64,000 nucleotides of DNA from Archangiaceae bacterium (GTDB lineage: Bacteria > Myxococcota > Myxococcia > Myxococcales > Myxococcaceae): the NCBI GenBank assembly GCA_043750125.1, contig JAYVCD010000034.1, forward strand, positions 561-64,560, in the 5' to 3' direction. The translations under genes were made by a program, and so were the position numbers. Positions 1-8,099 of this stretch are shown here, piece after piece (position 1 is the stretch's first letter; each line of letters opens with the position of its first letter). The notes beneath the pieces were generated by a model. It searched no databases. It worked only from the letters and a program-made list of their open reading frames with translations, and was not told the DNA's origin.

Positions 1-379
1 TGCACCGCAGCGTCCGGGAAGTCGGCCAGCCCACCCGCATGATCGACATCGAGGTGGGTGACGACCAGGTGACGAACGTCCTCGCGCTTGAAGCCGAGGG
101 CCTCGATCTGCGACAGCGCCGGCATCTTCGGGTCGGGGTGCGCCAGGTCCATCAAGGGCGCGAACCAGGGTCCGAGCCGCCCGGGACCCGCACGTCGGCA
201 GACCCGATGCCCGAGTCCACCAGAACCAGGCCGGCCGAATCGGTTTCAATCAACAGGCAGTGGCTGACCATCAAGCCGCGTTCGAAGAGCGAGCCCTCGC
301 CATTGACCGCGCTGCGGCCGACGGGGCACATGGTGCAGCAGTCGAGGTGGTGAATGCGCATCGGCACGATGTAAGCCAT
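1..379 (-). pseudogene. MBL-fold metallo-hydrolase, 5' part only (runs off the window start); reading frame broken near 176-196
   Basis: ORF 152..379(-) begins MAYIVPMRIHHLDCCTMCP...[19 protein letters not shown] and stops at 152-154. The expected continuation [59 protein letters not shown] is readable on the same strand in another frame, from about 185 down to base 3. Confidence 0.6.
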
Positions 380-401
380 TGGCCCGGCGAACCGAGGAAG
401 C

Positions 402-441
402 AGAAAAAAAGAAAAGCAGCTCCGAGTTTCCCCGGAGCTGC
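402..441 (-). terminator. Rho-independent terminator downstream of nrdJ
   Basis: Perfect 9-bp stem gcagctccg (416-424) / cggagctgc (433-441) with an 8-nt loop. On the minus strand it is followed by TTTTCTTTTTTTCT (415-402). It lies about 160 nt after the nrdJ stop at 603-605. Confidence 0.7.
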
Positions 442-602
442 CTGTTCCCCCTCATCGAGATTTCCGCGGAGTGACAGGGCGCTCTTCGCATAGCCCCATC
501 CAGACCGTGTGACCGCATCCCTCCGGCGGGCCTCTCTTCAAAGCTTTTGCGAGGCCTCGAATACGCAGGTGCTCGAGGCCGATTTCTCGAAATTCTCTAA
601 CC

Positions 603-3353
603 TTAGCTGCAGCCGCTGGTGGCGCCGCAGTTGTGGCACTTGTAACAAGCGCCGTTGCGCACGGTGATCGTCCCGCACACATGGCAGGGCGGAGCATCGG
701 CTTGGTTCAAGAACGCCTGCCGCGAAGAGGAAGACGCCGCTCCCGCAGGAGGAGGAGACGCCAGCGGTTCGCGCATCGCGTTGGCTTCGAGGTTGGCCTG
801 CGCCTCGGTCTGTTCCACTTCCGCCGGAAGAAACTTCTGTGCCAGCCACCGGAAAATGTAGTCGGTGATCGACTTGGCGATCGGCAGATTGGGATTGCCG
901 GTGAAGCCCGAGGGCTCGAAGCGCATGTGGGTGAACTTGTCGACGAGCACCTTGAGCGGAACGCCGTACTGGAAGGACATCGAAATCGCGGTGGCGAACG
1001 AGTCCATCAGGCCCGACACGGTGCTGCCTTCCTTCGCCATCGTGATGAACAGCTCACCGGGCGTTCCGTCGTCGTACATCCCCACGGTCAAGTAGCCCTC
1101 GTGACCTCCGATCGAGAACTTGTGGGTGATTGCCTTGCGCTCATCGGGCAAGCGCTTGCGGGCGATGCGTTCGATGACGGTGGTGGTCTCGGCAACCTTG
1201 AGCTCGGTCTTCGAGGTGTTGAGGGGCTGGCTGCGTTTGCAACCATCGCGGTAGACCGCAACGGCCTTCAGCCCAAGCCGCCACGCTTCCATGTACGCCT
1301 GCTCGATGTCCTCGACGGTCGCCTCGTTGGGCAGGTTGACCGTCTTGGAGATCGCGCCCGAGAGGAAGGGCTGGCACGAGCCCATCATCTTGAGGTGGCC
1401 CAGGAAACCAATGGTGCGGGTCCCCTTCGACGGCTTGAAGGCGCAGTCGAAAACCGGCAGGTGCGCGTCCTTCAAGCCCGGCGCGCCCTCAATCGTCTCG
1501 TTCTTGTCGAGGAAGTTGACGATCGCTTCGGCCTCTGCCGGCGAATAGCCGAGCTTGACCAGCGCCGAGGGGACGGTGTTGTTGACGATCTTCAGCATCC
1601 CCCCGCCGACCAGCTTCTTGTACTTGATGAGCGCGATGTCCGGCTCGATGCCGGTGGTGTCGCAATCCATCATGAAGCCGATGGTTCCCGTCGGCGCGAG
1701 CACGGTGACCTGGCTGTTGCGAAAGCCGTGTTGTTCGCCGGCTGAAAGCGCCTCATCCCAGACGCCTTTCTGTGCTTCCCACAGGCCGTTGCCCACGCCG
1801 TTGTCGTGCAACTGGTAGGCGGCCTTGCGGTGCTTGCGAATGACGCTGAGCATCGGCTGCTCGTTGCCGATGTAGCCGGCGAACGTGCCCATCCGTTCGG
1901 CGATCTTCGAGGAAGTCAGGTAGGCCTGACCGCCCATCAGTGAGGTGACGGCCCCGGCGTAGTTGCGCCCTTCGTCCGAGTCGTACGGCAGACCGGTCGC
2001 CATCAGCAGCGCGCCCAGGTTCGCAAACCCCAGCCCCAGGGGACGGTAGTCGTGCGAGTTCTGGGTGATCTTCGGGGTGGGGTACTTCGAGAAGCCCACC
2101 AGAATTTCCTGCCCCAGCAACGTCACGTCGACAGCGTGCTTGAAGGCCTCGACATCGAACTCTCCGTCGATGGTGCGGAAGTGAATGAGGTTCAGCGACG
2201 CCAGGTTGCAGGCGGTGTCGTCGAGGAACATGTACTCACTGCACGGATTGCTGGCGTTGATGCGCGCGGTGCCTGAGCAGGTGTGCCAGGCGTTGATCGT
2301 GGTGTCGAACTGCAGACCGGGGTCGCCGCACAGGTGGGTGGCCTCGGCGATCTCACGGAACAACCCGCGCGCCGAATGGGTGTCCATCTCTCGGCCGTCT
2401 TTGACCGCGTGGGTGGTCCACGTCTTGTTCTCGGCGACGGCCTTCATGAAGTCGTCGGTGACGCGCACTGAGTTGTTCGAGTTCTGGAAGAAGATCGACG
2501 AGTACGCCGCGCCATTGAACGACGAGTCGTAGCCAGCCTGGATCAACGCCCACGCCTTCTTCTCTTCGGTCGACTTGCAGCGAATGAAGTCGAGAATGTC
2601 GGGGTGATCGGCGTTGAGGATCACCATCTTCGCGGCGCGGCGAGTCTTGCCGCCCGACTTGATGACGCCTGCGAAGGCATCAAAGCCCTTCATGAAGCTG
2701 ACCGGCCCTGACGCGGTTCCGCCCCCGGCGAGCAACTCGCGCGACGAACGAATCGACGACAGGTTGCTGCCCGTGCCCGAGCCGTACTTGAAGAGCATGC
2801 CTTCGGTCTTGGCCAGGGTGAGGATCGAGTCCATCGAGTCTTCGACCGAGTTGATGAAGCACGCGCTGCACTGCGGGTGCTCTTCAACGCCGACGTTGAA
2901 CCAGACGGGCGAGTTGAACGCGACCTTCTGCCGCAGCAGCAGGTGGGTCAGCTCGGCGTGGAAGGAAAGCTTGTCGCCCTCGGCGAGGAAGTAGCCGCCC
3001 TGCTCACCCCAGCGGGTGATGGTGTCGACGACGCGGGCGATCAGCTTGCGAACCGAGGACTCGCGCTCGGGCGTACCGGGGGTGCCGCGGAAGTACTTCG
3101 AGGCGACGACGTTGGTGGCGAGCATCGACCACGACTTGGGCACCTCGATGCCTTTCTGCTCGAAGACGACCTTCCCGTCTTCGCCCTGGATCCCGGCGCT
3201 TCGCATTTCCCAGGCGATCTCGTCGGCCGGGTCCACTCCTGGAGTAGTGAAGTACCGCTTGACCTCAAGACCACTTCCGCGCGCAACCTTCTTGGGCGAC
3301 GCCTTGGGGGCCTTGGAAACCGTCACGTGCCTGGGGGCCAGCTCTTTTTCCAT
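603..3353 (-). CDS. nrdJ: Adenosylcobalamin-dependent (class II) ribonucleotide reductase
   Basis: ORF 603..3629(-). Start moved to ATG 3353 (MEKELAPRH), which has GGAG 8 nt upstream. Contains the SNPCSEYMFLDDTACNLASLNL active-site loop and a Cys-rich C-terminal tail CHVCGTITVRNGACYKCHNCG. The upstream extension looks non-protein-like. Confidence 0.9.
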   Translation of the reverse strand: MEKELAPRHVTVSKAPKASPKKVARGSGLEVKRYFTTPGVDPADEIAWEMRSAGIQGEDGKVVFEQKGIEVPKSWSMLATNVVASKYFRGTPGTPERESSVRKLIARVVDTITRWGEQGGYFLAEGDKLSFHAELTHLLLRQKVAFNSPVWFNVGVEEHPQCSACFINSVEDSMDSILTLAKTEGMLFKYGSGTGSNLSSIRSSRELLAGGGTASGPVSFMKGFDAFAGVIKSGGKTRRAAKMVILNADHPDILDFIRCKSTEEKKAWALIQAGYDSSFNGAAYSSIFFQNSNNSVRVTDDFMKAVAENKTWTTHAVKDGREMDTHSARGLFREIAEATHLCGDPGLQFDTTINAWHTCSGTARINASNPCSEYMFLDDTACNLASLNLIHFRTIDGEFDVEAFKHAVDVTLLGQEILVGFSKYPTPKITQNSHDYRPLGLGFANLGALLMATGLPYDSDEGRNYAGAVTSLMGGQAYLTSSKIAERMGTFAGYIGNEQPMLSVIRKHRKAAYQLHDNGVGNGLWEAQKGVWDEALSAGEQHGFRNSQVTVLAPTGTIGFMMDCDTTGIEPDIALIKYKKLVGGGMLKIVNNTVPSALVKLGYSPAEAEAIVNFLDKNETIEGAPGLKDAHLPVFDCAFKPSKGTRTIGFLGHLKMMGSCQPFLSGAISKTVNLPNEATVEDIEQAYMEAWRLGLKAVAVYRDGCKRSQPLNTSKTELKVAETTTVIERIARKRLPDERKAITHKFSIGGHEGYLTVGMYDDGTPGELFITMAKEGSTVSGLMDSFATAISMSFQYGVPLKVLVDKFTHMRFEPSGFTGNPNLPIAKSITDYIFRWLAQKFLPAEVEQTEAQANLEANAMREPLASPPPAGAASSSSRQAFLNQADAPPCHVCGTITVRNGACYKCHNCGATSGCS

Positions 3354-3559
3354 TGTCTCTTCTCCAGATTGACTGCCGGTGTGGGTGTGAGGCGAAGACT
3401 GTCCTGAGCCTCGAGGAGCAACCCTGAGGGGAGACAAAGTGCGAAAGGTAGGTTTTTTAACGCCTGGGTTCACGTCGCACCCCCCAGAAGTTGACTGCTT
3501 TCCCCCTGCTTGTGCGGCCGGCTTGTACCGTTTGCTTCCATCATGTGTCAAGCCTAAAG

Positions 3560-3607
3560 CCACCACATCTAGTGTCAAATTCTTTACCAAGCCCCTACAT
3601 TTAGGGG
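3560..3607 (-). promoter_or_regulatory. Tandem NrdR boxes in the nrdJ promoter region
   Basis: Read on the minus strand: cccctaaatgtagggg (3607-3592) and acactagatgtggtgg (3575-3560). They match the NrdR box consensus acaCwAtATaTwGtgt at 10/16 and 12/16 positions. Centres are 32 bp apart in an AT-richer stretch. The second box overlaps a TTGACA hexamer. Confidence 0.55.
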
Positions 3608-3907
3608 TTCGATGGCGTTTGGCGGTCAATCCAATCGACCTCCAGGGCCTCTAAATCGGCCCCAGCGGCGATCGGGATCACTGAGGCCTACATTGGCCTC
3701 GAGGGACCGATGGCGGGGGCGGAAAACGACAGTACATCGCCCTTCACGTACGGCAGCTTTGATCGGACCGTGTATTTGCTGAAAGTCCGTTAGAAAGGAT
3801 GATCAGTTTTACCAAGCAAGGCGATCAAATCGGGCCGATTTTCAGCCTCGGAACGCAGTTTTGCGATTTCCGCACCACCAGCAACGGCCCCCGAGTAGAG
3901 AAGCGCG

Positions 3908-4237
3908 ATGCCCCCGCCTTTTGAAAGACACGTCTTCATTTGTACCAACTTGCGCGAGCTGAACAACCCGAAGGGGAGCTGCTCAGCAAAGGGCTCGGAA
4001 GAGCTCCCGATGCTCTTCAAGAAGGAGCTCGAGGGCAAAGATGTTCCCGAGGGGAGCATTCGAATCAACAAAGCGGGCTGCCTCGACGCCTGCGAGCGTG
4101 GCTGCACCGTCGTCGTCTACCCCGAGGGCGTCTGGTACGGAGGGGTTACCAAGGGCGACGTGAAGCAGATCGTCGAAGAACACCTGGTGGGTGGAAAGCC
4201 GGTCGAACGGCTGAAGATGAAGCGCTACGAAAAGTAG
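3908..4237 (+). CDS. Thioredoxin-like [2Fe-2S] ferredoxin
   Basis: 109 aa. Motifs HVFICTN...GSCSAKG...AGCLDACERGC...VVVYPEGVWYG fit the four-Cys pattern of this small ferredoxin family. Confidence 0.7.
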   Translation: MPPPFERHVFICTNLRELNNPKGSCSAKGSEELPMLFKKELEGKDVPEGSIRINKAGCLDACERGCTVVVYPEGVWYGGVTKGDVKQIVEEHLVGGKPVERLKMKRYEK

Positions 4238-4269
4238 CTTTCGTCGCTCACACCTCGAAGCAAGACGCA

Positions 4270-4309
4270 CCCCTGGGACCGGCGTTCTGGGAACGCACAA
4301 TCCCAGGGG
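4270..4309. terminator. Hairpin between convergent genes (possible bidirectional terminator, no U-tract)
   Basis: cccctggga (4270-4278) pairs with tcccagggg (4301-4309). It lies between the ferredoxin stop (4237) and the BI-1 stop (4323). Confidence 0.3.
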
Positions 4310-4322
4310 AAATCGAATCGCT

Positions 4323-5030
4323 TTAGCGGCGGTTTCCCAGCAGGCGCAGCAGCATCAAGAACAGGTTGATGAAATCGAGATACAGAATCAGCGCCCCGGT
4401 GATGGCAGCCGAACCTTTGCTCTTGTGACCCATTTGGGCGTGGTGTTCGCGCAGCTTCTGGGTGTCGTAGGCGGTGAGGCCGGCGAAGACGAGGACTCCA
4501 GCGCAGGCGATGACGAATGACAGGCCGCTCGAGTGAAGAAACAGGTTCACCACCATCGCCAGAACCACGCCGATCAGCCCCATGAACAAGAACGTGGACC
4601 AGGTCGAGAGGTTCTTCTTCGTCACCGTGCCGTAGATCGACAGAGCGCCGAAGGCTCCTCCGGTGACGAGGAACGTGCTGCCGATCGACCCCAGGCTGTA
4701 GACCAGGAACAGCACCGAGAAGGTGAGTCCGGTCATAAAGGCGTAGCCGATGAACATCAGGCCCGCGACAGGCGCGCTGACTCTGGGGGCCAGAAACGAC
4801 AACCCGATCACCAGGGCCAACTCGCCCACCACCAGGGGCAAGTACAGCCCGAGCACCGCCTGCTGCAGTGAAGCGTTGCTGGCCACCGCGACGGCGGTGA
4901 TGCCGGTAATGGCCAGACCGGCCACCATCCACCGGTAGACCGCGCTCATGTACGTCCCAGCGGCTTCGTCCGTCAGGATCTGGGTGTTGCTGCGGATGCC
5001 GACTTCTGAACCAGGTGTTTGCCAGGCCAT
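4323..5030 (-). CDS. Bax inhibitor-1/YccA family membrane protein
   Basis: 235 aa and multi-pass hydrophobic. Has the characteristic C-terminal region TAYDTQKLRE...ALILYLDFINLFLMLLRLLG. Confidence 0.8.
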   Translation of the reverse strand: MAWQTPGSEVGIRSNTQILTDEAAGTYMSAVYRWMVAGLAITGITAVAVASNASLQQAVLGLYLPLVVGELALVIGLSFLAPRVSAPVAGLMFIGYAFMTGLTFSVLFLVYSLGSIGSTFLVTGGAFGALSIYGTVTKKNLSTWSTFLFMGLIGVVLAMVVNLFLHSSGLSFVIACAGVLVFAGLTAYDTQKLREHHAQMGHKSKGSAAITGALILYLDFINLFLMLLRLLGNRR

Positions 5031-5057
5031 GGGTGATCGTCCTTTTGAAGAGTGTCG

Positions 5058-6542
5058 CTAACGGCGAGAAGTAACGCCTGCACGGTAAGCATTGAGCAGC
5101 GAACCTGCCACCTCGTCGTTCAACAATGGAATGACCCCGCCTCCTCCCACGATATTGACGATGTGAGAAATGGAGCCCCGACAGACGCCGCCCCAGGCGG
5201 GCTGGGTCTCGAGCCCCACCGAGGCGTAGGACGAGAAGTCGACGTACAGCTCGGCAGGTTCCTGGGTGTTGCCTGAGCACAGCAGGTGCGGCTCGGGCCG
5301 GGTTTCGACCAGCTGCTGCACGACGAAGCCCCCGCCGACCCGATCTTCGGCCGCCCGGGGGCACAGCTCTTCCCAGGTCAGGGGGCGGCCATACGCCGCG
5401 CTCACCCGATCGTTGAAGGAATCCTCGTTGCGGGTTCGGCCCACGAAGACGGCGCGGCCGCCGTAGTCCCAGGATCTCTTCAGCACGTAGCGATCGGGCG
5501 CGGCGCTGACTTGTCGCACCAGCGCTTCGCCGCGAAACGGCCGCGTCCACGGAACCGATTGGGCGATCGCCTCGAGCTCTTCTTCGTTCAGGCCCGCGTC
5601 TCGGGCGAGGTCGGGCTCTTCGCCCGCCTGGGACAGCAGCGCAAAAGCGGTCTTCACCTCGACGTGAGAGGCCGGAGGGTTGAGCACCACCGCCCGTTTC
5701 CCATTCGGTTCCGCAAGCAGCGCCTGAACGTACGCGGCCCCACCCAGGCCGGCCTCTTCGAGGCGGCGCACGAACAGGTGGCGGTAGACCAGATCGTAGG
5801 CCTTGCCGTTCGCCTTCACGGCGTCGTCGCCGCTGAGCTGATCAGGGTAGACGAGGTCGGCGTCGGCCCCCCACTCGACGAAGCGCTCGCGCAGGTAGCC
5901 CAGCTCGGTGAGTTGGGCGTCGTTCCGCCTGCACAGCAACGCGATTGCGTTGGGCGTCTTTCCCGGCCGTACCCGGGCGTAGCCGGACAGCAGCGCGCGG
6001 TAGAGGGCGAGCGCGTTGCTGCCATTCTTCGCCATCAAGGTGGCAATCGCGTGGGGCTGCAAACCCCAGCTGCGGCCCGCAACCTCGATCAGCGTATGGG
6101 CCGCGATGTCCGAGTAGCCATGCATCGCGGGAATCGTCGCGTTGACTTCGAGTGCGCTGACCGTCTGGCCGACGAAGAAATCGACCCGGGTGGTCACCAG
6201 CGCGTCGGTCTTCGCCACGGTGGCTTCACACAGCTTTCGCTCGAGCGGCGAGAGGGCGCCCAGCACCAGCTCGCTGGCGCTGCCCAGGCAGATCGCGCGC
6301 GCCATCTTCAAGCAGGCCGAGCTCAGCAGCGCGGCCAGCCTTTGTCGTCGCTGAAGCTCTGCACGGGTCAGCACCACCGCCGTGGCGGTGATCGGAATCG
6401 GGCGGGTCTGGCCGTCGGCCTTGTCGGTGACCGCCAGTCCGCGCTCGTACGCAGTCCGGGCGAGCTCGGGGCCGAAGTGTCGGGCTCCCGACCGCAGCGC
6501 TTCTAAAAGAGCATCGGTGGGGGTAAGTCGCTCGGTCGCCAT
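5058..6542 (-). CDS. Hypothetical enzyme, possibly a glutathione-synthetase-like (circularly permuted ATP-grasp) ligase
   Basis: ORF 5058..6743(-). Start set to ATG 6542 (MATERLTPTD), with GAGG 9 nt upstream. Motifs LEVNATIPAMHGYS, VLKRSWDYGGRAVFVG and NIVGGGGVIPL recall the eukaryotic-type GSH synthetase fold. This is from memory of motifs only. Confidence 0.35.
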   Translation of the reverse strand: MATERLTPTDALLEALRSGARHFGPELARTAYERGLAVTDKADGQTRPIPITATAVVLTRAELQRRQRLAALLSSACLKMARAICLGSASELVLGALSPLERKLCEATVAKTDALVTTRVDFFVGQTVSALEVNATIPAMHGYSDIAAHTLIEVAGRSWGLQPHAIATLMAKNGSNALALYRALLSGYARVRPGKTPNAIALLCRRNDAQLTELGYLRERFVEWGADADLVYPDQLSGDDAVKANGKAYDLVYRHLFVRRLEEAGLGGAAYVQALLAEPNGKRAVVLNPPASHVEVKTAFALLSQAGEEPDLARDAGLNEEELEAIAQSVPWTRPFRGEALVRQVSAAPDRYVLKRSWDYGGRAVFVGRTRNEDSFNDRVSAAYGRPLTWEELCPRAAEDRVGGGFVVQQLVETRPEPHLLCSGNTQEPAELYVDFSSYASVGLETQPAWGGVCRGSISHIVNIVGGGGVIPLLNDEVAGSLLNAYRAGVTSRR

Positions 6543-7143
6543 GGGTAAGAGCCTCGAGTTCTTCTTCGATTTTATGAGTCCGTACGCGTTTCTCGCGTCC
6601 ACGCAGTTGCCGGCTCTTGCCGAACGGACGAACGCGACGCTGCGTTGGCGTCCTCTGTATTTGCCGGGCGTGTTGAAGGCCACAGGAAATGCGGGCCCGA
6701 CTTCGATTGCGGCCAAGGCGATGTACAACTTCAAGGATCTCAACGATTGGGCCCGGCACTACCAACTGCCTCCGATCGAGCTGCCTGATCATTTTCCATT
6801 CACCGCCGTGCTCGCCAACCGGGTGGCGTTGGTGGCCGACGAACAGGCGCGGGGTTCGCAATACGCGCTGAAGATGTTCTGGCGAATCTGGGCCGAGCGC
6901 GCCGACTGCAACGATCCGGCGATGGTGGCTGGAGTCCTTGGCCAGGTGGGGCTCGACCCGGAGGCGGTCATCGCCCGCGCCGGCAGCGATGAAATCAAGG
7001 CTCGGCTCAGGCTGAACAGCGAAGAGGCGGTGCAGCGCGGCGCGTTCGGTGTTCCTACGTTTTATGTGGGCGAAGAGATGTTCGTCGGCAACGACCGGCT
7101 TCTCTTCGTCGAACAGGCGCTGAAGCGTCAGGACGGGGCGTGA
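6541..7143 (+). CDS. 2-hydroxychromene-2-carboxylate isomerase / DsbA-like thioredoxin-fold protein
   Basis: Start ATG 6541 (MGKSLEFFFDFMSPYAFLAS). C-terminal GAFGVPTFYVGEEMFVGNDRL is typical of the HCCA isomerase family. Confidence 0.7.
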   Translation: MGKSLEFFFDFMSPYAFLASTQLPALAERTNATLRWRPLYLPGVLKATGNAGPTSIAAKAMYNFKDLNDWARHYQLPPIELPDHFPFTAVLANRVALVADEQARGSQYALKMFWRIWAERADCNDPAMVAGVLGQVGLDPEAVIARAGSDEIKARLRLNSEEAVQRGAFGVPTFYVGEEMFVGNDRLLFVEQALKRQDGA

Positions 7144-7688
7144 TGCAGCGGTTCAAACGCGAAGCCTCTGCACTGCTGGTGATCGACGTTCAGGAACGGC
7201 TGGCGGCGGCGATGAACCCCGACTCGCTGCAGAGGGCGCTCAACCGCACCGTCGCTGCGATCCTCGGGGCCAAAGCGTTGGGGATGCCGATTCTCGTCAC
7301 TGAGCAGTACCCCCGGGGGCTGGGCCCGACGATGAAGGCGGTGCAAGAAGCGATCGGCGAGGGGTTTCAACCGATCGAGAAAATCGAGTTCTCAGCCTGG
7401 CAACCCGGAATTCAAGCGCAGCTCTCCGCGCGCCCCAACGTGCTGGTCGTCGGAATGGAAACCCACGTCTGCGTCTTTCAGACCGTGCGGGACCTGGCGT
7501 CGGCGGGCCTGACCCCGTGGCTGGCGGCCGACGCCGTGCTCTCGCGCCAGGCCATCGATCACCAGACCGGCCTGGCGCTCAGCGCTCGGGCGGGCGCGAT
7601 CCTCACCACGGTCGAGACGGCGTTGTTCGACGCGCTGGTCAAGGCCTCGGGCCCTGAGTTCAAGGCCGTTTCGGCCGCGGTGAAGTAG
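7143..7688 (+). CDS. Isochorismatase-family hydrolase
   Basis: ALLVIDVQERL...VLVVGMETHVCVFQTVRDL is the cysteine hydrolase signature. The ATG overlaps the upstream TGA by 1 nt. Confidence 0.7.
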   Translation: MQRFKREASALLVIDVQERLAAAMNPDSLQRALNRTVAAILGAKALGMPILVTEQYPRGLGPTMKAVQEAIGEGFQPIEKIEFSAWQPGIQAQLSARPNVLVVGMETHVCVFQTVRDLASAGLTPWLAADAVLSRQAIDHQTGLALSARAGAILTTVETALFDALVKASGPEFKAVSAAVK

Positions 7689-7696
7689 GTGAGGGG

Positions 7697-8059
7697 TTGG
7701 CCAACAGCCGAGGGGACGGCGTGATCTGGGTGCTTGCCTCGAAGCAGCTTCTCGAAGGCGGTCGGACCGTCGTCGTCGCCCAGGGGCGCGAAATCGCGCT
7801 GGTGCGGGTCGAGGGTCAGGTCTTCGCGGTGGGCAACACCTGCCCCCATCGAGGGGGTGCCCTGGGGCTGGGCGATCTATCGGGCCACCACCTGTACTGC
7901 CCGCTTCACGCCTGGTGCTTCGATGTCAGGAACGGTGAAGGCTTTTTCCCGCCGGGGGCGCGCATTGCGACCCACGACGTGAAGGAAGTCGAAGGCGAAA
8001 TCTTCGTCGAGCCGGTGCCCCGTCCGCGGCCGATCGACTTCCTGCCTCCAACCGTTTAG
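7697..8059 (+). CDS. Rieske [2Fe-2S] domain protein (NirD-like small subunit)
   Basis: CPHRGGALGLGDLSGHHLYCPLH is the Rieske CxH...CxxH motif. The TTG at 7697 has no spacer after GAGGGG, so GTG 7721 (AGGGGA 5 nt upstream) is an equally likely start. Confidence 0.8.
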   Translation: MANSRGDGVIWVLASKQLLEGGRTVVVAQGREIALVRVEGQVFAVGNTCPHRGGALGLGDLSGHHLYCPLHAWCFDVRNGEGFFPPGARIATHDVKEVEGEIFVEPVPRPRPIDFLPPTV

Positions 8060-8099
8060 CGCTGCGGCAACGGGCCGGGGCTTACGTTAGGTTGCACCT

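Noticed and set aside
39-353. ORF 39..353(+).
   Set aside because: It is antisense to the MBL-fold hydrolase reading frames, and its product is low-complexity.
633-1745. Long ORFs antisense to or overlapping clearly identified genes. Examples: 633..1745(+) within nrdJ, 4225..5550(-), 5286..6506(+), 8891..9982(-), 22568..23791(+), 51896..53923(-), 59648..62527(-), 62583..63686(-).
   Set aside because: Their products are Arg/Gly/Pro/Ala-rich and low-complexity, with no motifs. Each lies opposite a gene with strong family signatures. This is the usual stop-codon-poor artefact of high-GC DNA.
3354-3640. Cobalamin riboswitch upstream of the B12-dependent nrdJ.
   Set aside because: I could not find a B12-box-like core or the conserved riboswitch helices by eye. 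This needs an Infernal/Rfam scan to be definitive.
3439-4107. ORFs 3439..3654(+) and 3790..4107(-) in the nrdJ-ferredoxin intergenic region.
   Set aside because: The first lies over the NrdR boxes and promoter. The second overlaps the well-supported ferredoxin gene on the opposite strand. Neither has a motif or an SD.
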